Source: an uncultured virus (IMG/VR IMGVR_UViG_3300046359_000084) (lineage: Duplodnaviria; Heunggongvirae; Uroviricota; Caudoviricetes; Schitoviridae). From it: a stretch of DNA of 20,000 nucleotides. The stretch lies in the IMG/VR virus record IMGVR_UViG_3300046359_000084. One strand, written 5' to 3'. The position numbers and the translations under genes were made by a program. The notes beneath the pieces were generated by a model that worked only from the letters and a program-made list of their open reading frames with translations, searched no databases and had not been told where the DNA came from. Positions 1-8,680 of the stretch are shown in pieces (position 1 is the stretch's first letter; every line of letters starts with the position of its first letter).

Positions 1-195
1 GTACATATCTGCATCTAGTCTAACTTTCATTTCTTTCTTTATGTTCTTTGGATTATGGTCGTATAATTCCTCTTCAGAGATATAACCTGTAGAATAGAAT
101 GTACCTCCTTTTTTATTTTTACCGTAAAATAAATAAGGTGTGTTAATTTTTAAATCTTTAATAGATTTGTATTCTGTAAGTTTATTTGGTTTCAT
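1..195 (-). CDS. hypothetical phage protein, partial (runs off left edge)
   Basis: Read manually and absent from the ORF track. ATG at 195 overlaps the end of the 182..532 ORF. The frame is open for 65 codons to position 1 (MKPNKLTEYKSIKDLKINTPYLFYGKNKKGGTFYSTGYISEEELYDHNPK...). Confidence 0.65.
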   Translation of the reverse strand, partial: MKPNKLTEYKSIKDLKINTPYLFYGKNKKGGTFYSTGYISEEELYDHNPKNIKKEMKVRLDADMY

Positions 196-532
196 TAATG
201 AGATTCCTTATATATTCTATAAATGATAGTTTGATAAATCCTTGTCCATCAAATAATGATACCACTTTATCTTTATCTTTGTAAAATAAATTGTATGATG
301 TTATAACATTATTTAGTGAAAACAAATCAATGGGAATATTAAATAATAGTTTATCAGAATAAGTTTTTGTATCAGTATGTACTAAGGATAATGTCTTATT
401 GTTTGGTTCAAGAAAGATATATGTTATAATATCTTTTAGTTCTGGTTCATAAGCTAATTCTCTTAAGAAATGTGATACTCCATTTAAATAGTTACCTTGA
501 TATTTTATGAGTGTTTGTAAATCTACTTGCAT
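182..532 (-). CDS. hypothetical phage protein (116 aa)
   Basis: ORF track. AGGAAA Shine-Dalgarno-like sequence upstream on the minus strand, and a near-consensus promoter at 565-593. No family recognised. Confidence 0.75.
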   Translation of the reverse strand: MQVDLQTLIKYQGNYLNGVSHFLRELAYEPELKDIITYIFLEPNNKTLSLVHTDTKTYSDKLLFNIPIDLFSLNNVITSYNLFYKDKDKVVSLFDGQGFIKLSFIEYIRNLINETK

Positions 533-564
533 TATTTTTCCTGTTGAGTAATACTAACTTAAAT

Positions 565-593
565 AGTATAGGAAAATTATTATATGTTGTCAA
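565..593 (-). promoter_or_regulatory. sigma70-type promoter TTGACA-N17-TATACT driving the leftward genes
   Basis: 588-593 tgtcaa reads TTGACA on the minus strand and 565-570 agtata reads TATACT. The spacer 571-587 is exactly 17 nt. Confidence 0.7.
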
Positions 594-1264
594 AAGAAGA
601 TATTGAAAGATCTTTACCTACACAAGTTAAGTTACATATTAATGATGAGTTTGTAAGATTATTTAATGAAGTATCTGATAATCCTATTGTAGCAGAAGAA
701 ATTAGAAATAACTTTGTATCTTATTCAACAGTAGTAAGAGATGGTCAGTTTAAAGTATTAGATTATTTTAATGCTGTGAAATATGTTAGTTATAAGATAT
801 TAGGGTATAGTAATAAAGATAGTTATAAACTTACATTCCCAGAAAGATACCAGAATTTAATAGCAGAAGGTGTATCAGATAAAGATATATCTTCTTATGT
901 TGCTGCTTATAATAAAAATAAGTTAGTTAATCTTATTCTGGATCAAACACTAATACCTGTTCATGTTTTAAATGCTAATATATACCAGCAAGCTATTAAT
1001 GTTCAAGCTGATCTTATGTTTACAGCTAAGTCTGATAAAGTAAAATGTGATGCAGCTAATAGTTTATTAACACATTTAAAGAGACCAGAAACAAAACAGA
1101 TTGAATTACAGATCGGTACTAAAGATAGCAGTGATCTTAAAGATTTAAAAGAAACATTAAGACAATTAGCTTCTGCACAGATGCAACAAATTAATAATGG
1201 TAGTAGTGCTAAAGATGTAGCTAGACAATCTATTATTGATGTTACACCAAAAGAGATAAGTTGA
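584..1264 (+). CDS. N4 gp69-like protein (putative terminase small subunit)
   Basis: Motifs NFVSYSTV, YFNAVKYVSYK, TFPERYQ, ISSYVAAYNKNKLVNLI and KCDAANSLLTHLKRPE resemble the conserved N4-like gp69. It lies directly upstream of terL and has an AGGA RBS. Confidence 0.85.
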   Translation: MLSKEDIERSLPTQVKLHINDEFVRLFNEVSDNPIVAEEIRNNFVSYSTVVRDGQFKVLDYFNAVKYVSYKILGYSNKDSYKLTFPERYQNLIAEGVSDKDISSYVAAYNKNKLVNLILDQTLIPVHVLNANIYQQAINVQADLMFTAKSDKVKCDAANSLLTHLKRPETKQIELQIGTKDSSDLKDLKETLRQLASAQMQQINNGSSAKDVARQSIIDVTPKEIS

Positions 1265-1265
1265 T

Positions 1266-2861
1266 ATGATTAAACCAATAAGTGTTGATGAGTATTTAAA
1301 TAACATTGATTATCGAGATCTGAATGATAATTATATTCCTTCAGAATATGTACTTAAATATTTATCTTATATGAAATTAATTACTAAAGATAATCCTGAA
1401 TCGCACCCTACTCCAATAATACATTTAAAAATGTTAGATGCAATTATACAATCTAAAGGATTAGATATAATTAATTTAGTGTTTCGTGGTTCAGGTAAGA
1501 CATCATTGTTTTGTGAGTTCTTTTTACCTATCTTAGCAATAGAAGAAGAGTTACCTAACTTTGGAGAAGTTACTGGCGTATTATCTATTAATGATACTAT
1601 GGAGAATGGAGCTAAGTCTTTAAGAAAGAATATGGAATCACGTTATGATAAATCTCCATTCTTACAAGAGTGGTTACCTAAAGTTATATTTACTGATCCA
1701 TATATAGAGTTTACTAATAAAAGAGGACATCAATTAGGTATTAACTTGTTTGGTGTTACAAGCAGTATTCGTGGTAAAAAGATGTTTGGTAAACGCCCAC
1801 AGATTGCAATACTTGATGATTTGATTTCTGATAAGAACAGTCAATCAACTACAATTATGCAAGATATAAATGATACAGTTTATAAGAGTCTTGAACCAGC
1901 ATTAGATATGTCACAGAAAAAGATTATATGGAATGGTACTCCGTTTAATAAAGAAGATCCATTATATAAAGCAGCAGAATCTGGAGCATATTATGTTAAT
2001 GTGTTTCCTGTTTGTGAGAAGTTTCCTTGTGATAAACAAGACTTTAAAGGAGCATGGGAAGAAAGATTTAGTTATGATGCACTGTTAAAGACATATAATA
2101 AATTATCTTTAAATGGGCAATCAGGGGCATTTCAACAAGAAATGATGTTAAGAATATCATCACCAGAAGATAGATTGATCCAAGATAATGAGATTCGTTG
2201 GTTCAGTAGAGTGGATTTGTTAAAGCAAAAATATAATTTTAATTTTTATATAACAACAGACTTTGCTACATCGGAAAAGAAAACAGCAGATTATAATGTT
2301 ATATCTGTTTGGGCTTATAGTAATAATGGAGATTATTTCTGGGTAGATGGTATTTGTAAAAGACAGACTGTAGATGTTTCGATTGATCAGTTATTTGATT
2401 TTTGTCAGGAATATAAACCACAAACTGTAGGTATTGAGAGATCAGGACAACAAGGAGGATTTATATCTTGGATCGAAAAGGAACAGATGAGAAGAAATGT
2501 ATTTTTTAATATAGCTAGACAGAAGGGTAAAACAGAATTAGGTATTTACCCCACAGGGGATAAGTTAAGTAGGTTTAATTTAGTAGTACCATTGTTTAGA
2601 CAAGGTAAGATACATTTTCCTACTGAATTAAAAGAAACTACTACTGTATCAGAATTTCTAAGTGAAATTAATTTAGCTACAATTAATGGATTAAAGGGTA
2701 AAGATGATTGTTTAGATACAATATCTATGTTACAAGAAATGAATATGATTAAACCTTCATTAGATAGTAACACTAGAAAAAGTGATAATAGTAACAATAT
2801 TTATTTTGACAATAGTTTTGAAGATGAGTACAATCAAATAAATTCATATATAGTAGATTGA
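1266..2861 (+). CDS. terL: terminase large subunit (N4 gp68-like)
   Basis: Walker A-like FRGSGKTS, Walker B IAILDD, coupling motif NGTP, nuclease acidic motifs TTDFATSEKKTADY and DDCLD. Confidence 0.95.
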   Translation: MIKPISVDEYLNNIDYRDLNDNYIPSEYVLKYLSYMKLITKDNPESHPTPIIHLKMLDAIIQSKGLDIINLVFRGSGKTSLFCEFFLPILAIEEELPNFGEVTGVLSINDTMENGAKSLRKNMESRYDKSPFLQEWLPKVIFTDPYIEFTNKRGHQLGINLFGVTSSIRGKKMFGKRPQIAILDDLISDKNSQSTTIMQDINDTVYKSLEPALDMSQKKIIWNGTPFNKEDPLYKAAESGAYYVNVFPVCEKFPCDKQDFKGAWEERFSYDALLKTYNKLSLNGQSGAFQQEMMLRISSPEDRLIQDNEIRWFSRVDLLKQKYNFNFYITTDFATSEKKTADYNVISVWAYSNNGDYFWVDGICKRQTVDVSIDQLFDFCQEYKPQTVGIERSGQQGGFISWIEKEQMRRNVFFNIARQKGKTELGIYPTGDKLSRFNLVVPLFRQGKIHFPTELKETTTVSEFLSEINLATINGLKGKDDCLDTISMLQEMNMIKPSLDSNTRKSDNSNNIYFDNSFEDEYNQINSYIVD

Positions 2862-2863
2862 TA

Positions 2864-3559
2864 ATGTTAGCTAAAGACTTCTTAAAACAATTAGCTCTTA
2901 CACGATTAAAGAATACAGCTGCTGTAGATCTTAATCAAACTACTGGATTTAAAACAAATTTTATTGATCAATTAATTGTTTATACAAACGAAGCATTAAC
3001 AAACTTATATTCAGAATATTATTTGTTAAAGAAGTCTGTGTTGCTAAAGTTATTCCCTCCTTATACCGAATATTATTTACGCAAAGAATATGCTTTAAGT
3101 GATCCAACAGTTGTTACAAATAAATACATACAAGATACTGTTCATGCTCCATTTTATCCTTATATAATAAAGATAGTTAATATATTTGATCAGTATGGGT
3201 GTGACTTATTAATCAATGATAGATTAAATTGTTCATCTGTTCATACTATTTCATTTGACTGTGTTCAGTTTAGTCATTTAAATATTGGAGATTATTTCTC
3301 TGTAGTTTATTTAGCTGATCATATTCCTTTATCTCTTGGTTCAATAAATACAGATATTATATCACTACCTCCTATTATGTATGAGATGTTAAAATATTTA
3401 ATAGCTAGTAAATATTATTTAGACTTGGGTAAGAATAGTGCAGAAGCACAAAACAATTTAGTACAATACACTGAATTAGGTAATAAGATTATTCGTAGTA
3501 ATTTAACACCAGACTTTCAAGATAGTAATTATCATTTAGAACAAAAAGGATTTGTATAA
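2864..3559 (+). CDS. N4 gp67-like virion protein (head-to-tail adaptor)
   Basis: Follows terL. Motifs TNEALTNLYSEY, LPPIMYEMLKYLIASKYY and C-terminal LEQKGFV match my recollection of the gp67 family. ATG at 2864 is preferred over the TTG at 2858. Confidence 0.8.
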   Translation: MLAKDFLKQLALTRLKNTAAVDLNQTTGFKTNFIDQLIVYTNEALTNLYSEYYLLKKSVLLKLFPPYTEYYLRKEYALSDPTVVTNKYIQDTVHAPFYPYIIKIVNIFDQYGCDLLINDRLNCSSVHTISFDCVQFSHLNIGDYFSVVYLADHIPLSLGSINTDIISLPPIMYEMLKYLIASKYYLDLGKNSAEAQNNLVQYTELGNKIIRSNLTPDFQDSNYHLEQKGFV

Positions 3560-3828
3560 TGAGTTGGGAACGTACAAAAAGTTTATCATTAGTAAATGGA
3601 GTAGCTCAAGATACTCTAGTAGACGATTATGAATTGTACATACGAGCAGATCCAAATAATGCTGTTACAGTTTTATTAAAAATGAAACCTAATGATATAA
3701 ATGATACAGTGTTTGGTGTTATTTCAGCTGAAATTCCTGCTGGACAGTTATGGGTTGCTGGATCAAAATTAATTCGTGGTGATTTACAAGTTACTGGTGG
3801 TAATGCTTATGCAGTATTACGTTATTAA
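3559..3828 (+). CDS. small beta-rich virion protein (candidate spike/fibre base)
   Basis: 89 aa, coupled by a TAATG overlap. Alternating hydrophobic strands and LYIRADPNN...EIPAG are reminiscent of small capsid-decoration/spike-base proteins (inference). Confidence 0.6.
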   Translation: MSWERTKSLSLVNGVAQDTLVDDYELYIRADPNNAVTVLLKMKPNDINDTVFGVISAEIPAGQLWVAGSKLIRGDLQVTGGNAYAVLRY

Positions 3829-3840
3829 TATAGAGATAGT

Positions 3841-4038
3841 ATGTTTAAATTAGTTTTACAACCTGTATTAAGACTTCCTTTAAATAATGTGTTTGGTACT
3901 ATTATAGAAAGTACCTCTCCTTTATATTATTCTTTTAGTGATGGATTTTCTATAGGTTTTGAAGTTCTCGTTAATAGCCCACCACCTGAAGAAGGTAATA
4001 TTAGTTTTAGTAATGGATTCAGCGGAGGATTCGCATAA
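3841..4038 (+). CDS. 65-aa linker-like protein with two SFSxGFSxGF repeats
   Basis: AGAG RBS-like sequence. SFSDGFSIGF and SFSNGFSGGF are separated by a SPPPEEG spacer. Confidence 0.7.
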   Translation: MFKLVLQPVLRLPLNNVFGTIIESTSPLYYSFSDGFSIGFEVLVNSPPPEEGNISFSNGFSGGFA

Positions 4039-4500
4039 ATGACAGTTAAAGTAATTGCTACACTTAAAAGTGATATTGGAACATTTAAGACATTAGCAAC
4101 AAATAATATTAATGATAATACAAGTGGAGCAGTATCTCCTGCTGATGTACGAGTTCCTGTACAAAATGCTTTTGATAGTGTTGTTGATACTATTGATAGT
4201 GTTATTGATGTTAGTTGTCAAAAAGCAAGTAATCTATCTGATTTAGCTAGTGCTTCTACAGCAAGAACAAATTTAGGTTTAGCTATTGGTACGAATGTTC
4301 AAGCATATTCGAGTGTATTACAAGCAACTACTGCTTCATACACTACTGCATTAAATACAAAGTTAGGTATTACACCTACGTCAGATATTACTGGTATTAC
4401 TGGAGCTGATGCTATTACTAATATCGTTTCTTTGACCCAAGCAGAATATGACGCTATTGTAACAAAAAATCCTACAACATTTTATATTATAGTGGGTTAA
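4039..4500 (+). CDS. fibre arm/adaptor protein (153 aa)
   Basis: Contains fibre-shaft motifs ASNLSDLASASTARTNLGL and AIGTNVQAY, and the widespread phage fibre C-terminal motif LTQAEYDAIVTKNPTTFYII. GGAGG RBS at 4024-4028. Confidence 0.8.
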   Translation: MTVKVIATLKSDIGTFKTLATNNINDNTSGAVSPADVRVPVQNAFDSVVDTIDSVIDVSCQKASNLSDLASASTARTNLGLAIGTNVQAYSSVLQATTASYTTALNTKLGITPTSDITGITGADAITNIVSLTQAEYDAIVTKNPTTFYIIVG

Positions 4501-4501
4501 T

Positions 4502-6454
4502 ATGAAAATAGGTAATGGTGCTATTTCAGCTTGTTATGTAGGTAACACACAGATAGATAAAATTTATTTAGGTGCTGAGATTGCATACACAACATTAGTA
4601 ACACCGCCTTCTATGGTAAATCCTGTAGATGTTTCTCAAACATTTGCTACATATCATGCTGATAATGCAGCTAATACGGTTTATAATTATTCTAGTACGT
4701 TTACTGTAAATACAGCTACAAATGAAATTACTCCAGTAACTGACCCACAATTTGCAGCACCAGGATTACCTACGGGTTATCCTAAAGGTTTGGTTCAAGG
4801 AGCAATACCTGTAACATTTACAACAACAGGTACATTACCAGCACCATTACAGACTAATACAGAATATTTTTTATCACCTACAACTACAGGTGTTTATAAA
4901 GTTTATCCTAAAGCTACTGATGCTGACGCATCTTTGTTAGAAACTGTAATTACTGGTGAAAATATATTTCCTGCACAACATTATTTTCAAACACTTAATT
5001 CTATTGACATTACAACTTCTGGATCAGGTACACATACAGTTACACATGAGCAAACATTGTCACACCTTGTAGATGTGAAAAATGGTTATAATATGGTAAC
5101 ACCAAGTACAGTAAATAGACACGCATATATGATTCGTAAAACAGATGGTGATGGGGATAAATATTTATACACTGGTGGAGGATTATGTAAAAATGATCTT
5201 TCTGGTTGGTATAATATTTATGGTAAAACTTTACAGATGAATACAAATAAAGCAGCTGGTAGACTAGAGTGTGGATTGAAAAGATATGTTTGGTTAATGT
5301 TTGTTTGTAAAACAAGAAAGATTAAAACTAGAAATGTTAAAAAACATAAAGTAAATTTTTCTGACTTTAGTACATCAACAGGAGTAATTACTTTATCTGA
5401 AAGAAATAGTGAAGAAAAAGGTGTACATAAATTTACTACTGGAGATAAAGTAAGATTTAAATTAATTAATAGTTCTGTGTTACCGACAATTTTTGATACA
5501 ACAACAGATTATTTTATAAGAAAAATATCCTCTTATACTTTTACATTACATAATACATTAACAGATGCCCAAGCAAACTTACACATTATAATACCTAGTG
5601 CTATAGGTAGTGGTAGTTATATGTTGTATGCTCCTACACTTGTAGGACAAACACAAGTATTTAATGATTACATTGAATGGATTGAGCCAGATGGAGGAGG
5701 TAACACTTTAACTGTTAAAGATAATAATACTTTCTTACCATCTCCTAATGGTATTTTACTTGGTTCAGATTTCTATATTAGTGGTTCTACTCAAGGTGAA
5801 GTAACTCGTTTAGGTGCAGTAGATTTAGATAGATTAAGGTTATGGAGTCCACCTGGTACAACACTACCAGCTGAATTAACAAATGAAGGTTTATACTATA
5901 TTACTCGTAAACCTGGTCATGCTACAACTTGTCGATTACATAATACATTACAAGATGCTATTGATAGTGTAGGAGTAGCGACTAATAGTGTAAGTTTTAA
6001 GGGTATTAAGTTTACATCACAACCCACTGGATCAGTATATTTTCACCACGATGATGGTAAATCTCGTATTATTGCTTCGCTTGAAGCAGGATCTCCTAAT
6101 GGTAGTTCATCAACATTAGCAGAGATTCCTTATGATAGGAAACATATTGTTTTTGTAGCTATTGATTATAACCCGCCTGTAGGGTCAAACTCTATTGCTT
6201 TTATTAAAGTTAATAGAGGTCCTATTAACTCCGTTACATTAAATAGAGCTAAAGGCTTAACAAGAGCATCTACAAACACTGATGCAGATGGATCTCCTTG
6301 GACATTCTTTAATTCAGCACAAGGTCATGTTCCTGTTGATATGGATTTATATTCTTTATCTATGGGTTCTAGTAATACAACGGCATTAACAGAAACTGAA
6401 ATTGAGAATATGATGAATTGGTATGCAGATAAATATACTATTTCAAGTTATTAA
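4502..6454 (+). CDS. putative fibre tip/adhesin protein with three internal repeat domains and LamG-like segments
   Basis: N-terminal YVGNTQIDKIYLG motif. Three repeats of V-x-F...LP..L..(T)xY(F/Y)...L(H/Y)..xxDA. C-terminal ALTETEIENMMNWYADKY is typical of phage LamG-like domains. Confidence 0.75.
   Translation: MKIGNGAISACYVGNTQIDKIYLGAEIAYTTLVTPPSMVNPVDVSQTFATYHADNAANTVYNYSSTFTVNTATNEITPVTDPQFAAPGLPTGYPKGLVQGAIPVTFTTTGTLPAPLQTNTEYFLSPTTTGVYKVYPKATDADASLLETVITGENIFPAQHYFQTLNSIDITTSGSGTHTVTHEQTLSHLVDVKNGYNMVTPSTVNRHAYMIRKTDGDGDKYLYTGGGLCKNDLSGWYNIYGKTLQMNTNKAAGRLECGLKRYVWLMFVCKTRKIKTRNVKKHKVNFSDFSTSTGVITLSERNSEEKGVHKFTTGDKVRFKLINSSVLPTIFDTTTDYFIRKISSYTFTLHNTLTDAQANLHIIIPSAIGSGSYMLYAPTLVGQTQVFNDYIEWIEPDGGGNTLTVKDNNTFLPSPNGILLGSDFYISGSTQGEVTRLGAVDLDRLRLWSPPGTTLPAELTNEGLYYITRKPGHATTCRLHNTLQDAIDSVGVATNSVSFKGIKFTSQPTGSVYFHHDDGKSRIIASLEAGSPNGSSSTLAEIPYDRKHIVFVAIDYNPPVGSNSIAFIKVNRGPINSVTLNRAKGLTRASTNTDADGSPWTFFNSAQGHVPVDMDLYSLSMGSSNTTALTETEIENMMNWYADKYTISSY
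4700..6045 (+). repeat. three diverged intragenic domain repeats (~4700-5045, ~5350-5630, ~5770-6045)
   Basis: Protein-level repeats, plus an exact 16-nt repeat attacataatacatta at 5545-5560 and 5935-5950 (LHNTL). Unit boundaries are approximate. Confidence 0.75.
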
Positions 6455-6481
6455 AATAAAGTACAGTAGGTAATAAAGATT

Positions 6482-8680
6482 ATGAAATTAGGTATAAATA
6501 ATATTGCAAAATATTATGTTGGTAGTAATCAGGTGGATAAAATATATAAAGGTGTGAACCAAGTTTATACAAAAGCACCTTTCTTAGCTAATGATTTTAC
6601 TTATTGGTTTGATTTTAATTCTGGTTCAAATGTGTATGATGATTTTGCTTTTGACAGTTTATCTTATGCTCCTAATTTAGTTAGTGGTTATAGATTTTTT
6701 GAACAACCTGTAAAAGATTACCAACCATTTAAATTATCTGATGGTATTAATTTTGGTAATACTACGGATATAGCAGATAGGTTTATGGAATTATATCCTT
6801 TACCTGGATTTACAGAAAATAAAACTGGATTATTTTTTGCTTGTAATATTTTTACAAGTGGTAATGGTACATTACTTTCATTAAATACTTTTGAGATTCG
6901 TGGTGCTAGAGGTAAATTTTCTCTTAATGGATTAAAACCACAAATATCTATGAGTCCTAATGGAGCAGATACTGGAGCAATAACAGTTATTAAACTTGCA
7001 ACAAATGCCCTTGCTGCTGATACATGGTACACATTAGGATTTTTAATTGATAGAGAAAATGATATAGCAAAAATATATGTTAACGGTAATGTTGTTGATA
7101 CAAGTACGGTATCAGCACCTTATACCTCTACTGCTACATTCCCACTTAAACAAGTTATATTAGGGGCAGATGGGATTGAGGGAGCTTCTGGTTCAAAATT
7201 TGATGGTGTATTGTCTGAAATGATTATTCAAGATTCACTTGAATTAGCGTACATTACCAATCAATTAGCTTACTTACAAAGTACAAGATTAGATATTCCA
7301 GATGCTCCAGTAATTACAGCAACTACTGCTAATAATAGTGCTATTATATCTTTTACTGCTCCTAATGCACATAATAAAGCTATTACTGATTACTCGTATC
7401 AGTATAAATTAAATTCTAGTGGTACATGGTTAGATTTTACAGATAGTGTATCATCAACAGCTGGTATAACAATTACAGGATTAACTAATGATTTGTTGTA
7501 CAACTTTAGAGTTAAAGCAACAAATGTTATTGGTGTAGGTTTATGGTCTAATATTGCAGAAACTACACCTACTGCTAATCCAGGACCTCCAGATGCTATT
7601 GATGATTTACAAGTAGTTTCTGGTTCAAATAGTTTACTTGTTTTATGGACAGCACCTAATGTTAATGGTTATCCAATTACAACACATAAAGTTTATTATA
7701 GAATTGCTGGTTCAGGCAATGCTTACACATTATTTGCTAATATTCCTGCTGGATCAGGAACATTACAAACATTAATTACAAGTCTTACGAATAATGTTTC
7801 TTATGAAGTAAATGTTACATCTGTTAATTCTCAAGGTGAGAGTGCAGAAGCTACACCAACTGTAGCAGAAACTCCAGTTACTGCAAGAAACTTACAAACT
7901 GTATCAGGGTTAGAATCTTGTGTGATGGATATAGATTTAACAGTATTGGCTTCTTATAATGGAACAGGTACTGTATTAAAGAATTTAGTAACATCTCCTG
8001 CTGATGGTTCAGGACAAACTGCTTATAATATGCAATTTGGTGATGGATCTCTTGCTACAACATTCCCTGTATTTAGTGGAATTGCTGGTACAGCAAGTGG
8101 TAAAATAACTTTTGATGGTGGTGATCATTTAACGCTTGTTGGTGCTAATACAACATTTTTAAACAATATTCATAAAAGTTCTGGTGGATCAGCATTTACT
8201 ATTGTAGCATTTTTTGAAGCTATTAAAGATGGTGCAAGTTCTCAAATATTATTTACTACAAAAAATGGTTCTAATGAAGTTGGTATAGACGGTTATGTAA
8301 GTAGCTCAGAAGTATTAAGAATGGGTCAACGAGGGGGAACAACTAATGTTACTTCTCCAACAACAGCAGCAACGGCTGTATTAAATACTCCTACTTACAT
8401 AGGTTTTGGTTGTAATGTTAATGGTGGAACGAATACTTGTGCTTTCTGGAGTGATTCAACAACACAAGCTAACTCTACATTAAATTATAATAGTACAACA
8501 ACTAATGCTGCTCAAAAATTACACATGATGGGTCAAGGTAGTGGTACTGGTGCAGCAACAGGTCGGTTTGTAAACAATACAGTATTAAAAGCTGTAGCAT
8601 TATTTAACACTAGATTATCTAATTCACAAATGGCATTAGTAGTAGCAGAATATAACGCTAGACATGGGAATATTTATTAA
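6482..8680 (+). CDS. putative fibre tip/adhesin protein: LamG-like + 2x fibronectin type III + LamG-like
   Basis: N-terminal YVGSNQVDKIYKG. LamG hallmarks DTWYTLGF, AKIYVNG and FDGVLSEMII. FN3 motifs PDAP...ITGLTN..YNFRVKATN..G.G.WS and PDAI...WTAP...LTNNVSYEVNVTSVNSQGES. Second LamG-like domain from ASYNGTGT to ALFNTRLS. Confidence 0.85.
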   Translation: MKLGINNIAKYYVGSNQVDKIYKGVNQVYTKAPFLANDFTYWFDFNSGSNVYDDFAFDSLSYAPNLVSGYRFFEQPVKDYQPFKLSDGINFGNTTDIADRFMELYPLPGFTENKTGLFFACNIFTSGNGTLLSLNTFEIRGARGKFSLNGLKPQISMSPNGADTGAITVIKLATNALAADTWYTLGFLIDRENDIAKIYVNGNVVDTSTVSAPYTSTATFPLKQVILGADGIEGASGSKFDGVLSEMIIQDSLELAYITNQLAYLQSTRLDIPDAPVITATTANNSAIISFTAPNAHNKAITDYSYQYKLNSSGTWLDFTDSVSSTAGITITGLTNDLLYNFRVKATNVIGVGLWSNIAETTPTANPGPPDAIDDLQVVSGSNSLLVLWTAPNVNGYPITTHKVYYRIAGSGNAYTLFANIPAGSGTLQTLITSLTNNVSYEVNVTSVNSQGESAEATPTVAETPVTARNLQTVSGLESCVMDIDLTVLASYNGTGTVLKNLVTSPADGSGQTAYNMQFGDGSLATTFPVFSGIAGTASGKITFDGGDHLTLVGANTTFLNNIHKSSGGSAFTIVAFFEAIKDGASSQILFTTKNGSNEVGIDGYVSSSEVLRMGQRGGTTNVTSPTTAATAVLNTPTYIGFGCNVNGGTNTCAFWSDSTTQANSTLNYNSTTTNAAQKLHMMGQGSGTGAATGRFVNNTVLKAVALFNTRLSNSQMALVVAEYNARHGNIY

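Noticed and set aside
551..569. Hairpin as an N4 virion-RNAP early promoter
   Set aside because: It has an AT-rich 6-bp stem and a 7-nt loop, lacking the GC-rich stem and 3-nt purine loop of vRNAP promoters.
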